From a virus (Duplodnaviria > Caudoviricetes): a stretch of DNA of 37,485 nt. This document shows, piece after piece, positions 16,301-26,259 of this stretch (its first letter is position 1; each line of letters opens with the position of its first letter). Location: IMG/VR virus record IMGVR_UViG_3300045424_000028, positions 1 to 37,485 of that record, one strand, 5' to 3'. Made by a program: the position numbers and the translations under genes. Under the pieces are notes generated by a model. The model worked only from the letters and a program-made list of their open reading frames with translations, was not told the origin of the DNA and ran no database searches.

Positions 16301-18432
16301 CTATCACGAGTTTTAGTTAAAGTAGCAATTTGCTTGTCAATACGACCAGAAGCAGCATCAATACGAGTTTTCAAAACCTCAATATCCTCAGGAATATTCT
16401 TAGCCTTAGGATACAAACTGATATATGTTTTTTGAAGTTCAGTCTTGCCAGAATCAACCAATGCCTGACCAGCAGAAACACTACTGCGTAGTTTTTCAAT
16501 TTGCATTTCTGTACTAGATATGACAGTTTCCATAGCACTACGCTCAGAGCCATTAAGGGTATTCGCTGCTGTACGCATATTAGCGAGGACACCACTAGCC
16601 TCATCCAAAGCAGCCAAAGCCTCAACCTGAGCCTTTGCAGACAACGCTACACGCTGTTCACCACGAGCGATACCACGCTCCAACGCCGATGCTTGTTTAC
16701 CAGCAACACGCCCAACTTCACGCTGTGCATTGTCCACGCTATTCTTGAGAATACGCTGAACTTTTTTAATTGAACGAACAGATGATTCCCAAGCAGCAAC
16801 AAGGTTTTTATCTGGAACAAGTTTCTTCATTAAAGGACGTACATTATCAACGCCGAAATCCATGAGGCGGTTGATATATGCAGTACGCTGAACTTGCTTA
16901 CCCATACTGTACATATAGTCATTCATGATGGTTGGGGCATCTTCTTTGAACCATTTGAAACCAAGTTGTTCCATTGACCTAGCGTTAATTTCCTGCAAAG
17001 TGCCAGTCTGTAGTGGTGGACCATCAAGCCATGTCTCGCCAGCCTTGAGTTTACGCATCCTAGCCGAAGTAGCACCATTGACAAGTTCATCAGCAGTCAA
17101 GTCACCATTTTGCATGATAGTCATAAAGTTTTTGTTAGTAGGTTTTTCCGACTGGCTAGCCAACCATTTAGCAGCATCTTCACTAAGTGAGTGGTTAACA
17201 CCAAAGTTTTCAAGATTATTAACACCAACGGGAACAGCAATGCCGTGTTTGGTTGCAAATGCTTCAGCAGATTTGTTTGTTTGTGCAAGCATATCAGAAT
17301 AGAAACCAGTTATTTTATCAGCCAAAGCCCTTTCAGCAGGGTCAACAACAAAAGTTGGATTCTCTACAGCATGAACAACAGTTTCCCTAAATGGAGAGTC
17401 AGCAATTTCTTTAATTAAACTAGCATGTCTATCAGCCATTTGAGTAACAAATACACGACTAGCACCATTACCTTGTTTAGTTGCAGTCCAATGAGCCAAC
17501 GCTCGTGTTGACTCATCAGCAGACAACTTACCACGACCAACATCTTTCAACGCTTCACCATAACTAGCAGGCAACACACGGTTCATAATCTTCTGTGCAG
17601 ATTCAGTATCGCCAAGTAATGCTCGTATCTTAGCCCAAGAACTACCAACACCCTCAGCAATACCACCAGTACCACGAATAACAGGAGCATTAACACCATG
17701 TCCAAAACGCAAACCTTTAGCAACACCCAACGCTTCACGCTCCGCAGGACTAAGCGCCCACTCACCCAACCTAGCAATATCATCTAATTTGCCAGCCAAA
17801 CTAGGAGCCTTAGCAATGCTGCCTGCTTCGGCAGCCTTAGTAGCAAGCATTAAACGCCCGCCACGACCAGCATAAATGTTTGCACCCATACTAATATAAG
17901 TTAAAGGGTCAAGAGCAACATCGCCACCGAAAGCAATAACACCATCAAGGAAATTACTACCCGTACTCATACCATGAGTTTTCATTACCTTGCCGACACC
18001 GTAACTGGTGTCGCCAATGTTGTTAGCCCAATCAGACAAAGAGAAACCCTGACCAGAAGCCAAATTAGCACCCTGTTCTAGCGAGGACACAATGGCACGC
18101 TCGCCAGCACCAAGAATACCAGCAGCACCCAAAGCAACTTTACCAATAGGACTATTAATTAAACCAGCAAGAACACCCTTGGCTGGTTCTGGTTTACCAG
18201 CAGCAATAGCATTAACTTTATCCAACAAAGGATTCAATTTACCCTGTTTAATAATTTCAGGAGAACCAGCCAAAGTACCATAGGCTGTTCCAACACCCTT
18301 TTGTAAACCCCGTTGGGCTTCAGCAAGTTTTTGTTCAGCAACAGAAAATCCCGTAGGAAGTTTCATATTATTAACTTTATCCAGTAACGGGTTGCCACTA
18401 CCCTTAGGAATCGGGTTTTGAATTAAAGGCAT
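13306..18432 (-). CDS. Very large putative internal virion (ejection) protein, 1708 aa
   Basis: Ala-rich helical/coiled-coil. FGGDVALDPLTY near the N-terminus; PGFSIRN...HFDYTDLS...FVPFWIW near the C-terminus; last of four genes after the tail module. Confidence 0.7.
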   Translation of the reverse strand: MPLIQNPIPKGSGNPLLDKVNNMKLPTGFSVAEQKLAEAQRGLQKGVGTAYGTLAGSPEIIKQGKLNPLLDKVNAIAAGKPEPAKGVLAGLINSPIGKVALGAAGILGAGERAIVSSLEQGANLASGQGFSLSDWANNIGDTSYGVGKVMKTHGMSTGSNFLDGVIAFGGDVALDPLTYISMGANIYAGRGGRLMLATKAAEAGSIAKAPSLAGKLDDIARLGEWALSPAEREALGVAKGLRFGHGVNAPVIRGTGGIAEGVGSSWAKIRALLGDTESAQKIMNRVLPASYGEALKDVGRGKLSADESTRALAHWTATKQGNGASRVFVTQMADRHASLIKEIADSPFRETVVHAVENPTFVVDPAERALADKITGFYSDMLAQTNKSAEAFATKHGIAVPVGVNNLENFGVNHSLSEDAAKWLASQSEKPTNKNFMTIMQNGDLTADELVNGATSARMRKLKAGETWLDGPPLQTGTLQEINARSMEQLGFKWFKEDAPTIMNDYMYSMGKQVQRTAYINRLMDFGVDNVRPLMKKLVPDKNLVAAWESSVRSIKKVQRILKNSVDNAQREVGRVAGKQASALERGIARGEQRVALSAKAQVEALAALDEASGVLANMRTAANTLNGSERSAMETVISSTEMQIEKLRSSVSAGQALVDSGKTELQKTYISLYPKAKNIPEDIEVLKTRIDAASGRIDKQIATLTKTRDRTTARLNRLAAEGKQASREYVTLEAELADIGTQIDSYNNLTNAMNTAPYTDNGLVYMPASEPSQGGAAVVLDTNPKSVLEQGADPSQVIAMRAPADVIDITLPSEADAFANSLGSGIGQIIKEAEGLGGVSNFGANALAEDFFTNLEAVLQNGPQYIDPLFASASPELAHVLESIHSYRLAAVDAAQVGADISEHEVVDLFNNINDAMNAFENTHGLPAGWGDQVATDALGVGLANYGSGMGGSGFLVPAQVFDPAANLGEASLVLGRQSGLLNPENLDSAPSLLSDNAAYLDTTMGRASTQMTDLMASSEAAKSAQQVASQTLTDVGAGIDTGVAQRTALNTELTAKRGQAKRLGAKIESATGKIAEGDVVTVWEKTAKGGRRKVTYTRASAEAKLVELDKSVAAAERKLAQLESTARNTGLLNPATGEFSTVGRASTAAERATRVLNQADILAADAASWADNALPQYQHDLALVRGQIERSPLKGPAGEVAGLWASKTKAMLDSIDEAVRLGDKEMEGLQRVVTQLFADEADLAMLETVNLPRAEMTLTAARSGRLGGKLVDDVTKGWDALAGLGVEVPKDIKDLMYPNLVKLKNPKEMAKLLNAYEQYHRFFKIYATLTPGFSIRNAMSSTFMNYVAGVKTESMIDAVKAATAYMTKGPDAWIDSLKLAPKTRAEYQQAWEIIASTGAGQTVNDIMQPILGGKGGRILNNKATRGSMKFNEGVEFSARFAMALSDVRAGLSFDEAAGRVSRYHFDYTDLSKLDVQMKKFVPFWIWTSRNVPLQMATMWTRPQVYAMYDHLRSNAPVNSNIVMPKWLAATNPIGLGGNWVLNPDLPMNQFKQQIELLSNPKRLAGNLNPLLKLPIELMGSNQLSNDIPFGNKPVEAKGLDLLTALIGAPFGQTSTNAQGKIMINPKLQYATGNLIPSVAKIQRLIPQAAGGKTSYADRQLSSLAGFVGAPVRQVTPTEQRGELINRQFALQNLIKQLRDAGYIPQG

Positions 18433-19640
18433 TACTTCTTCTTAATTTTTGTCTTAGTCTGTGCCAACATAGGTACTAGGTTTCCTGCAGCAACTGTGAA
18501 CGGTGTTATACCAGCCCCAGCCATCTTTTGTCCACGCTCATTAATGATTTCAGCAGCACGGCGTAGCAACATATCACGCTCGTTATTGATTTTGTTTTGT
18601 TCATAAGCACCACTTGAGCCAGACAAAGCACTTTCATATGCTTTCTGTCTGGCAGCAGCATTAGCCGTATCTGCTTCAGCCTTTGGTTTACCTTTTGAAA
18701 ATGGGTTATAACCACCACCAGTAAAAAAACCACCAGCCAGTTTAGTTAAACCAGCCAAACCAGTACCAATTATTTCATTAACTGCTCTAGTTCCAAGTTG
18801 TTTATTACCCAAAATTGATTCAGGAACATAAGCCCTAGTTTGTTCACCACCAGTACCAAAAAACTGATTAATTTGATTAGTAGTTGGGTCACCCTGATTG
18901 GGGTCAAAGGCATTAGCCGATTGACTTCTAGCCTGAGACATTTCAGCAGCAGTAGGAACATACTTTGTGTTACCATATCTAGCATTAATCTTAGTTAACG
19001 CAGCAGTCACAATAGGGTTCTGATTTAATTCAGCCAAAGAAGAACCATAAGTACCAGTAGGATTAGGCAGGTTAGCAAGCGTTGGTACACCTAAACGGTT
19101 TGCCAACGCACCAGTGCCAGTGCCTGTACCGCCAGTTTGTTTTACAAAAGCATTGTACTGTTGTTTTTGTAAAGCAGTATTTTGTGCTACTTTTGCATCA
19201 ACATATTTAGGTGCGTCTTTAGATAAGTCAGCAACTAATCCAGCAACATCATTTCTTGTTACACCATATGGTTTTAAAAATGAATCATCAATAGCGGTTA
19301 TGGTTTTAATAGGGTCTTTGCCTTGGTCAATAGTGTCAAAAACCATATTAGCAATTTGCTGTTCAACAGGTGAACGCTGGGAATACTTTAAACGCACCGA
19401 ATTATTAGCAGCCTCAAAAGGGATAGCAGCCGTAGTGTAAGTCTGATTAGGGTCAAAACTGGCACCACCAGAAGTGGCAACCTGTTGACCCAAAGTTGAA
19501 AGCAACCTAGGGTCAGACAACAACTTGGACAAAATACCAGACTGTGAAACATTACTGCCTACAAGGTCAGAAATGTTTCCACCAGCAACAATATAATCAA
19601 TCAACTGTTGAGTAGTGTAATTAGCAGACTTGGCAGCCAT
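18432..19640 (-). CDS. Putative internal virion protein
   Basis: G/A/T/N-rich, Lys-rich tail, coupled within the late operon. Confidence 0.6.
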   Translation of the reverse strand: MAAKSANYTTQQLIDYIVAGGNISDLVGSNVSQSGILSKLLSDPRLLSTLGQQVATSGGASFDPNQTYTTAAIPFEAANNSVRLKYSQRSPVEQQIANMVFDTIDQGKDPIKTITAIDDSFLKPYGVTRNDVAGLVADLSKDAPKYVDAKVAQNTALQKQQYNAFVKQTGGTGTGTGALANRLGVPTLANLPNPTGTYGSSLAELNQNPIVTAALTKINARYGNTKYVPTAAEMSQARSQSANAFDPNQGDPTTNQINQFFGTGGEQTRAYVPESILGNKQLGTRAVNEIIGTGLAGLTKLAGGFFTGGGYNPFSKGKPKAEADTANAAARQKAYESALSGSSGAYEQNKINNERDMLLRRAAEIINERGQKMAGAGITPFTVAAGNLVPMLAQTKTKIKKK

Positions 19641-20485
19641 TACTTTTTACCTTTTTGTTTAGGAACCTTTTTTGGTTTAAAAATATTTGCACTAGATTTT
19701 ATTGGATTAGCAACAAGCATTGGAAGCAATGTTTGAAGAATGTTGCCTTGAGCAGTGCCGTATGTAGAACCAGCAGCGTTTTGCGCTCCAGCCAACTGAG
19801 TAGCCAACGCTGTTTTAGCAGCAGTACCTTGTGCATTAGCACCAGCCCTTAATGAATCAAGATAATTCTGTTGAATATCATTCTGAGATTGATTAATACC
19901 TGTGTACATATTTGTAGCCTGCTGTGCCGCACTATTAGCATAGTTTTGCAAATTAGCAATATCAGCCGTACTAGCACCAGTGTTAGCCAAATACTGTTGA
20001 TAAGGATTCTGGGCAGCCTGAGGTTGCAACCAACTAGGAGTAACAGCAGGTTTATAAGTAGTAGGCAAACTAGCAAGCAAATTTTTTGTTGCAGTATCAA
20101 TAGTTCCAGTAGCAGTCTGGTTGCTAGTATTTAAAGCAGCCAAATAATTTTTATAACGGTCAGCCAAAGCAGATTCTGCTGTTGACTTGTATCCCGACAA
20201 AAGACTATTAACATTAGCACGGTCAGCCATAGTGTTCTGTCTAGCCAAAGAAGCAGCACTAGGACCATTACTACTTACATCAAACTTAGGCATAGTCCAA
20301 GTATTAGTAATCTGGTCAGCAAGTGCCTGTGCATCAGCCTCACGCCTAGTTTTGTTAACATCATTCAAATAAGCCTGATTAAATTTAACATCATTAACAG
20401 CAGGAACAATAGGTTGTTTAACCACTTTTGGTTTAACAACTTTAGCAACTACTTTTTTATTTCCACCAATAATATCTCTTGCCAT
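19640..20485 (-). CDS. Putative internal virion protein
   Basis: A/Q/N-rich helical, with basic termini. Confidence 0.6.
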   Translation of the reverse strand: MARDIIGGNKKVVAKVVKPKVVKQPIVPAVNDVKFNQAYLNDVNKTRREADAQALADQITNTWTMPKFDVSSNGPSAASLARQNTMADRANVNSLLSGYKSTAESALADRYKNYLAALNTSNQTATGTIDTATKNLLASLPTTYKPAVTPSWLQPQAAQNPYQQYLANTGASTADIANLQNYANSAAQQATNMYTGINQSQNDIQQNYLDSLRAGANAQGTAAKTALATQLAGAQNAAGSTYGTAQGNILQTLLPMLVANPIKSSANIFKPKKVPKQKGKK

Positions 20486-20487
20486 GG

Positions 20488-20925
20488 TTAACCCCCAAAT
20501 GCCCCAACGCTTTGAATACCAGTAGCCGTAGCCAAAATATCCTGTGCTTTTTTAACTTTCAAACTTTGAAGAAGTTCATCTAATGCATCTTGATTAGCAG
20601 TTTCTGTTTGCGTAATAAGATTCTGGTCATACGCATTATTTGCATTTTGAGTATCCATACCACGCTGATAAGACTGTGCATACTGACCCAAAGCATTTTG
20701 TGTAATGCCAGATTTACCAATACCACGGCGAGCCAAACTACCCAACAAAGGATTAAAACCAGTTTGAAACTTTTTAGTTAAATCCTCAAGACTGCGTTGT
20801 CCACGCTGCTGACCCCAAAACGAAGCCTGTTGGCTAGCAAGGGTCTGATTGGCACGCTTCTTAATGGCAGCAGCAGCCTGCCCAGCGTAAGCCCCATAAT
20901 CAGGTGTATAGTCAATATTGCTCAT
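20488..20925 (-). CDS. Putative internal virion protein
   Basis: Q/A-rich with LARRGIGKSGI motif. Confidence 0.6.
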   Translation of the reverse strand: MSNIDYTPDYGAYAGQAAAAIKKRANQTLASQQASFWGQQRGQRSLEDLTKKFQTGFNPLLGSLARRGIGKSGITQNALGQYAQSYQRGMDTQNANNAYDQNLITQTETANQDALDELLQSLKVKKAQDILATATGIQSVGAFGG

Positions 20926-20949
20926 TACTTATGCGCCTTTCGTACCCTA
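20926..20949 (-). promoter_or_regulatory. Late-gene upstream motif
   Basis: TAGGGTACGA-AAGGCGCATAAGTA-ATG (14 nt to the start codon). Confidence 0.6.
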
Positions 20950-21984
20950 AATTAAATAGTGTTCCAAATTAGACCTAAGGCGTTCATCCTCAGGAGCCAA
21001 ATCCAATGCCAAAATGCCATGCAATTTGGCATTCTCAAAATCACCTAAATTCCAATATGCCACAGCCAACAAATCATGAGGTTTCCAACCCCAAGCATCC
21101 GCCTCACACAAATACTGCAGAGGTTTATCCACCACAGCCAAAGCCGAATCACAAGCCGTAATTACCTTCAACCACTGACCCGTCCTATAGTAATGCTCAG
21201 CAAGGTCAACCCACGGCTCACGCCCCTCAGAGTATTCAGCACAAGCCCGAAGAAACCAATACTCAGAGTCAACACCACACTTAGCCAAATACCTCATACT
21301 GGCAGCCCGTTCAGGTCGCCACACCGCTTTGGGCAAAGCCAGATGGCGTTCAAATTCAGCAGCAGCCTCGGATAGTCGCCCATGAAAAAACAACTCACGG
21401 GCATAATAAAACGCTGTACGGTCACAATCAGGAGACTCAGACTTAGCCAACTCCAACAAAGGAAAATACTGGCTACGACTTTTAGATGAATCTGGATGGT
21501 GATGGATTTGCAATCCACACCATTCCTGAACCTCATCCTTGGTGCATGTAATAATTTCATGCACAGGATGTTTCCATCTGTAGCCACTACGGGAATGGAT
21601 TTTATCCCCACCATAAGATAATCCTTCAGAGCCATCAGGGTTCCATGACCATACATACTTATAGCGTGGACGAGTAGTTAGCAAGGACAAAGATTCAAGT
21701 TGTCCACGCCACCCTTCAACTAATACTTCATCCATATCTAATGCTATACACAGGTCAATATCTGCTGGTAATGCAGCCAATGCTGCGTTACGAGCATCAT
21801 CAAAACGCCAAGGACTAATGTGAATTTGTATCACTTTGATACCAAGTTCTCTGGCTAATTCAACTGTATTATCTGTTGAACCTGTATCTGCTATCAGTAG
21901 ATAATCTGCTTCTTTTGCAGATTCAAACCACGAGGATATAAATTGTTCTTCATTTAAAGCGATTGTATATATTGCTATTTTCAT
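20947..21984 (-). CDS. GT2-family glycosyltransferase with C-terminal TPR repeats
   Basis: IALNEE, IADTGSTDNT, WRFDDARN, LDMDEVL (DxD), PVHE; TPR-like FYYARE and REPWVDLAEHYY. Confidence 0.92.
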   Translation of the reverse strand: MKIAIYTIALNEEQFISSWFESAKEADYLLIADTGSTDNTVELARELGIKVIQIHISPWRFDDARNAALAALPADIDLCIALDMDEVLVEGWRGQLESLSLLTTRPRYKYVWSWNPDGSEGLSYGGDKIHSRSGYRWKHPVHEIITCTKDEVQEWCGLQIHHHPDSSKSRSQYFPLLELAKSESPDCDRTAFYYARELFFHGRLSEAAAEFERHLALPKAVWRPERAASMRYLAKCGVDSEYWFLRACAEYSEGREPWVDLAEHYYRTGQWLKVITACDSALAVVDKPLQYLCEADAWGWKPHDLLAVAYWNLGDFENAKLHGILALDLAPEDERLRSNLEHYLI

Positions 21985-23066
21985 TTGTTAACCAATTCTA
22001 AAGCCAAATCTTTTTTGTGTTTTAAGATTTTCCATCTTAAAGCAAACACTTGTTTACTGTAATTGGGGTGAAGTAAACCCAATGCTTCTTCATAATTGTC
22101 AAGAGTAAAATTGCCTTCAACTCTTACTCTATCAAGGTCATCTAAAAATTCTTGGTCTGCTAATTTAATATCAAATTGGATTTCAGTTTCAATATTTCCA
22201 TATTCTGGATAACAAGACATTAAACCAGCAAGAGACATATGAGCCATTTTGCGTTTAACAAAATTAAATAATTCTTGATTAGTTTCAACTACATTGGTAG
22301 GTCGCCTACGAGCATCAGTGCTACCTAAAAAGAATTGTGCTACTTGCATATTAGTTTGGTCAGCAACTAATAAACTATCAAATTCTATTTGTTTAAGAAA
22401 TGCTTTAGCGTCTAAAACTATTGGTTCCGTACTATTGAATGGTGCTTCAGCAAGTGTAGCCCATTCGGTTAACAAACGAAACATCTCGGATAATGTTATG
22501 GCAGAACTAGGAATAATATCTTCATTGATAACAATGTTTTTAACATATGCTTCTTCACTGGTAGATAAATACATTAGATTTGCTATGCCATTTATATTTA
22601 TAATTGGTTCATAAACAACAATTTCTTCTGCCGTAGGAGATGCATAAAGCAATGTGCCATTGGGCGTAATATAGCGTTCTGGACCATAAAATGTATTATC
22701 GCAACGCCAATTATCGGGGTCAACATATATGGGTTTGGAGTTTGCAAATATAAAAATACCTTTGTTTGAATAATCCAATGATGGATTCCAATATGGCATT
22801 ACACGCTCAAAAGGTATTGCACTTACATATTCTTCTGTGTCCCCACAGACAGCAACAAAACTGTGGACTGTTTGTATATCCCAATAACGGTAAAATGCTA
22901 TAAGAAGTTTTCCGTCAGGCATACGATGTAAATCGTATGCAGTAAATTCTTCATCACCTGCTGGAGTTCTGCGAAACAACTGAAGTGAATCATCCATAAT
23001 ATTGTCTAACATATAAAACATTTTGCGATGTTCTAAATTGTTTATGTTGTAAAGTTTTGCTTCCAT
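21981..23066 (-). CDS. Hypothetical protein (AT-rich gene)
   Basis: 361-aa ORF with AAGGA RBS; no motif recognised. Confidence 0.8.
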   Translation of the reverse strand: MEAKLYNINNLEHRKMFYMLDNIMDDSLQLFRRTPAGDEEFTAYDLHRMPDGKLLIAFYRYWDIQTVHSFVAVCGDTEEYVSAIPFERVMPYWNPSLDYSNKGIFIFANSKPIYVDPDNWRCDNTFYGPERYITPNGTLLYASPTAEEIVVYEPIININGIANLMYLSTSEEAYVKNIVINEDIIPSSAITLSEMFRLLTEWATLAEAPFNSTEPIVLDAKAFLKQIEFDSLLVADQTNMQVAQFFLGSTDARRRPTNVVETNQELFNFVKRKMAHMSLAGLMSCYPEYGNIETEIQFDIKLADQEFLDDLDRVRVEGNFTLDNYEEALGLLHPNYSKQVFALRWKILKHKKDLALELVNK

Positions 23067-23075
23067 AATTTCCTT

Positions 23076-24104
23076 TTAAGGTCCGTAGTAAGTAAAATAA
23101 ACTTGTCCAGCAGTTCCTGCTTGAATACCAGCCGTACCATTACCGCCGTTACCACCAGAACCACGGGCACTTGGGGTACCGTGTGCGCCTGCACCAACAG
23201 TATAAATAGCCCAACCGCCACCGCCGCCAGAGTTACCAAAGACACCGTTGCCGTTACCACCATTACCGCCTTGGCTGCTAGTTGCTGCACCACCGTTTCC
23301 TTCATTGCCTGCGCCACCACCACCAAATAATGGGTCCAATTTTCCAGGTCCTATATAACCTGCACCACCTGTATAGGCAGGGTTGCTTCCAGCACCAATA
23401 TTGCCACCATATCCACCACTTGCACCACCACCTGTTCCACCACCAGCAGAATAAGTAGTAAAGTTAGTTCCTGTAATATATGAAGTTCCACCAGTTCCAC
23501 CATTGGGGTAAGAACCACCATCGCCAGCAGTACCACCATCACCGACAACAATAGTTAAAGCACCACTAGACCCAGTGAAAGCAAGATTGGTGGTATTACG
23601 CAGTCCACCTGCACCACCGCCACCACCGCTATATGCACCGCCACCGCCACCGCCGATAACAACAACAGTTGGCAAAGCAGCAGGGTTTACGCCAGAAACA
23701 GTAGGGACCGTAAGTGAATAAGTTCCAGCAACTGTATATGACGCTGTTTTTAAACTCCAAGTAGTAAACGAAATGGCAGTAGAAAAAACTGTTGCTATTT
23801 CAGTAACAACTTTACACCTAATCCAATAAGTTGTGTTAGGTGTTAAACCAGTCATAGCAGGCGCATAAGACAATGCAGTTGTTGTTGCTGCCGTTGATGA
23901 ACCAGTTCCACTAAATAATTGGTAGTTTCCAGCAAAGTTAATATCTGTACTGCGTTCAAACCAAATACTGGGGTACCTTCCTGAACCGTTAACATATGCA
24001 CTTACACTATAAATAGCATTTTGGTTATATTGAGTGGGAGAATTTAATAAAACTGTTGGTGGAATATTTACTCCACCGCCCATTGTTCCACGATGGATAG
24101 GCAT
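23076..24104 (-). CDS. Gly-rich virion/fibre protein with FN3-like N-terminal domain
   Basis: MTGLTPNTTYWIR (FN3-like); VVIGGGGGG...GGGGGAGG Gly-rich domain. Confidence 0.8.
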   Translation of the reverse strand: MPIHRGTMGGGVNIPPTVLLNSPTQYNQNAIYSVSAYVNGSGRYPSIWFERSTDINFAGNYQLFSGTGSSTAATTTALSYAPAMTGLTPNTTYWIRCKVVTEIATVFSTAISFTTWSLKTASYTVAGTYSLTVPTVSGVNPAALPTVVVIGGGGGGAYSGGGGGAGGLRNTTNLAFTGSSGALTIVVGDGGTAGDGGSYPNGGTGGTSYITGTNFTTYSAGGGTGGGASGGYGGNIGAGSNPAYTGGAGYIGPGKLDPLFGGGGAGNEGNGGAATSSQGGNGGNGNGVFGNSGGGGGWAIYTVGAGAHGTPSARGSGGNGGNGTAGIQAGTAGQVYFTYYGP

Positions 24105-25891
24105 TACAAGTCTCCAATAACCACATACTTATTTGCTTCAACACAATAAATAGTTGCTGCAGACCCCGTAGAACGCAAACTAAGTGAAGGTGTACCAACA
24201 ACAGTAGCAGGAGTAGTAGCAGCAATAGTTACTGCACCTGTACCAAAGCGTATAATGTCAATACTTTGACCAACAGCAAGAGCCGTTGCAGAAGTAAGTT
24301 GCAAAGTGATACCTGATGTATTTGTGCAGTAATACATTTTACCTGCATCAGCAGCAGGAACAGGGTTAATACCTGCTGTAACAGTTGATACTGTTTGCGT
24401 AGTAGCCCAAGTTCCTGCAGCGCCAGTAGGACCAGTAACTGAAGCACCAGTCGCACCTGTAGGACCCGTAGCACCAACTGCACCATTAGTTCCATTAGTT
24501 CCTGAAGCGCCAGTTGGTCCAGTAGGACCAACATTACCTTGAATGCCTTGCGCACCAGCAGCACCTTGTGCCCCTGTTGGACCAGTAACAGTACTGGCTG
24601 CACCAACAGCGCCCGTTGGTCCTGTTGGACCTGTAGGTCCAGTAGAACCGTTAACACCAATAGTTCCATTAGTTCCAGCAGGTCCCGTAGGTCCCGTTAC
24701 TGTAGAAGCAGCACCCGTTGGACCAGTTGGTCCTGTTGGACCAGTTGGTCCAACACTGGCAATAACAAGAATTACTTGATGGTTATTGCTAAAGTTTGTT
24801 GTTCCAGAACCACCAGAAGAAACAAAAGAAACAGGGAATTCAAGATAAGAGTTTCCATAATCAATTACAGTTCCATTAATAACCCACGACTGAAAATTGG
24901 CTGAGTTGTTTTGGTCTTGAATATATATTTTATCGCCAGATTTTAATGTTCCAAGAAACAAATCAATATCATTACCCAAAACATCAAGATGGTTTACTTG
25001 TAACTGTGTAGCACTAATTTGGGTTGCGTTATTATATGAAATATGCCCATCAAGTGGGTTACCACTAGTAGAACTAGTTTTTATTTCGTAATTATAAAAA
25101 GTAGATGACTGTCCTTGTGCGCCTGTAGGTCCAGTAACAGTAGATGCTGCCCCCGTTGGACCCGTAGGACCTGTGGGACCAACACTACCAGTTGGACCAG
25201 TAACCGTACTGTCTGCGCCAGTTGCCCCTGTAGGACCTGTAGGTCCCTGAATGCCTTGGATACCTTGAGGACCCGTAGGTCCAGTATTACCAATAACACC
25301 TTGAATGCCTTGTGAACCTGTAGGACCTTGTGCACCAGTCGGTCCAGTAACACCCTGAACACCTTGTGCACCAGTTGGACCTGTAGGTCCCGTTACTGAC
25401 GATGCTGCACCAGTCGCTCCTGTAGGTCCTGTAACAGTGCTAGCAGCACCAACTGGACCTGTTGGTCCTGTTGGTCCAGTAACCAGACTTGCAGCCCCCG
25501 TAGGACCAGTGGGACCTGTTACAGTAGATGCAGCACCTGTAGCGCCTGTTGGACCTGTTGGTCCAGTAACTCCTTGTGGACCTGTAGGACCTATTGGTCC
25601 AGTAGGACCTGTAGGTCCAATAAAACCTTGAATACCCTGAGGACCAGTAGGACCAGTAGCCCCAACCAAACCCTGAATGCCCTGCGCACCCTGAGGACCA
25701 GTAACACCAATAGGACCTGTAGGTCCAGTAGTTCCAGAACTATAAGGTAATGCTGTCCATGTTGATGAACCATTACCAAGTTTATATTTACCTGTATCAG
25801 TTTCAACGGCTAACTCACCTTGTGCTAACACAGGGTTTACACTAGTCCAGTTTGCTGCAGTACCACGGCGCAGTTGAATATGAACTGCCAC
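24104..25891 (-). CDS. Collagen-like (GXT) fibre protein
   Basis: N-terminus [37 protein letters not shown] (fibre anchor); two GPT/GAT repeat blocks separated by a globular insert; ends YVVIGDL. Confidence 0.9.
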   Translation of the reverse strand: MAVHIQLRRGTAANWTSVNPVLAQGELAVETDTGKYKLGNGSSTWTALPYSSGTTGPTGPIGVTGPQGAQGIQGLVGATGPTGPQGIQGFIGPTGPTGPIGPTGPQGVTGPTGPTGATGAASTVTGPTGPTGAASLVTGPTGPTGPVGAASTVTGPTGATGAASSVTGPTGPTGAQGVQGVTGPTGAQGPTGSQGIQGVIGNTGPTGPQGIQGIQGPTGPTGATGADSTVTGPTGSVGPTGPTGPTGAASTVTGPTGAQGQSSTFYNYEIKTSSTSGNPLDGHISYNNATQISATQLQVNHLDVLGNDIDLFLGTLKSGDKIYIQDQNNSANFQSWVINGTVIDYGNSYLEFPVSFVSSGGSGTTNFSNNHQVILVIASVGPTGPTGPTGPTGAASTVTGPTGPAGTNGTIGVNGSTGPTGPTGPTGAVGAASTVTGPTGAQGAAGAQGIQGNVGPTGPTGASGTNGTNGAVGATGPTGATGASVTGPTGAAGTWATTQTVSTVTAGINPVPAADAGKMYYCTNTSGITLQLTSATALAVGQSIDIIRFGTGAVTIAATTPATVVGTPSLSLRSTGSAATIYCVEANKYVVIGDL

Positions 25892-26259
25892 TAGATACCC
25901 CCTGCATCAATAGTCTCTAATCCCCCATAAATAGACCAAGGCGTTCCCCCATCAAGGTCTAAAGTAGAATAACCATCATCGCCCTTATCGCCCTTAGGAA
26001 TATAAAAGTCTAAACTGGCAGCCGTAGAAGTGCCAATGTTAACCACATTTGCGCTTGTCCCTGCTGCTGTTGTTGAAGTTGAATGAATACCAACTGTTGC
26101 GCCTGCGCCAGCAGGACCAGTTGGTCCAGTGGCTCCACCACCAGTTAAATCAAGCATTGCCAAGAAATCACTCAAGGAAGAAAATATATTCCTAAGTGAT
26201 ATAGCGTCCTGCGACTGTAGCGTGGACAACGAGGGGGCAACCCATTTTTGGTCTGCCAT
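25891..26259 (-). CDS. Short collagen-containing virion protein
   Basis: [31 protein letters not shown] motifs. Confidence 0.75.
   Translation of the reverse strand: MADQKWVAPSLSTLQSQDAISLRNIFSSLSDFLAMLDLTGGGATGPTGPAGAGATVGIHSTSTTAAGTSANVVNIGTSTAASLDFYIPKGDKGDDGYSTLDLDGGTPWSIYGGLETIDAGGI

Noticed and set aside
24104-25891. Tandem DNA repeats, or a diversity-generating retroelement target given the Mtd-like N-terminus
   Set aside because: The repeats are explained by Gly-X-Thr codons, and there is no reverse transcriptase or template/variable repeat pair.
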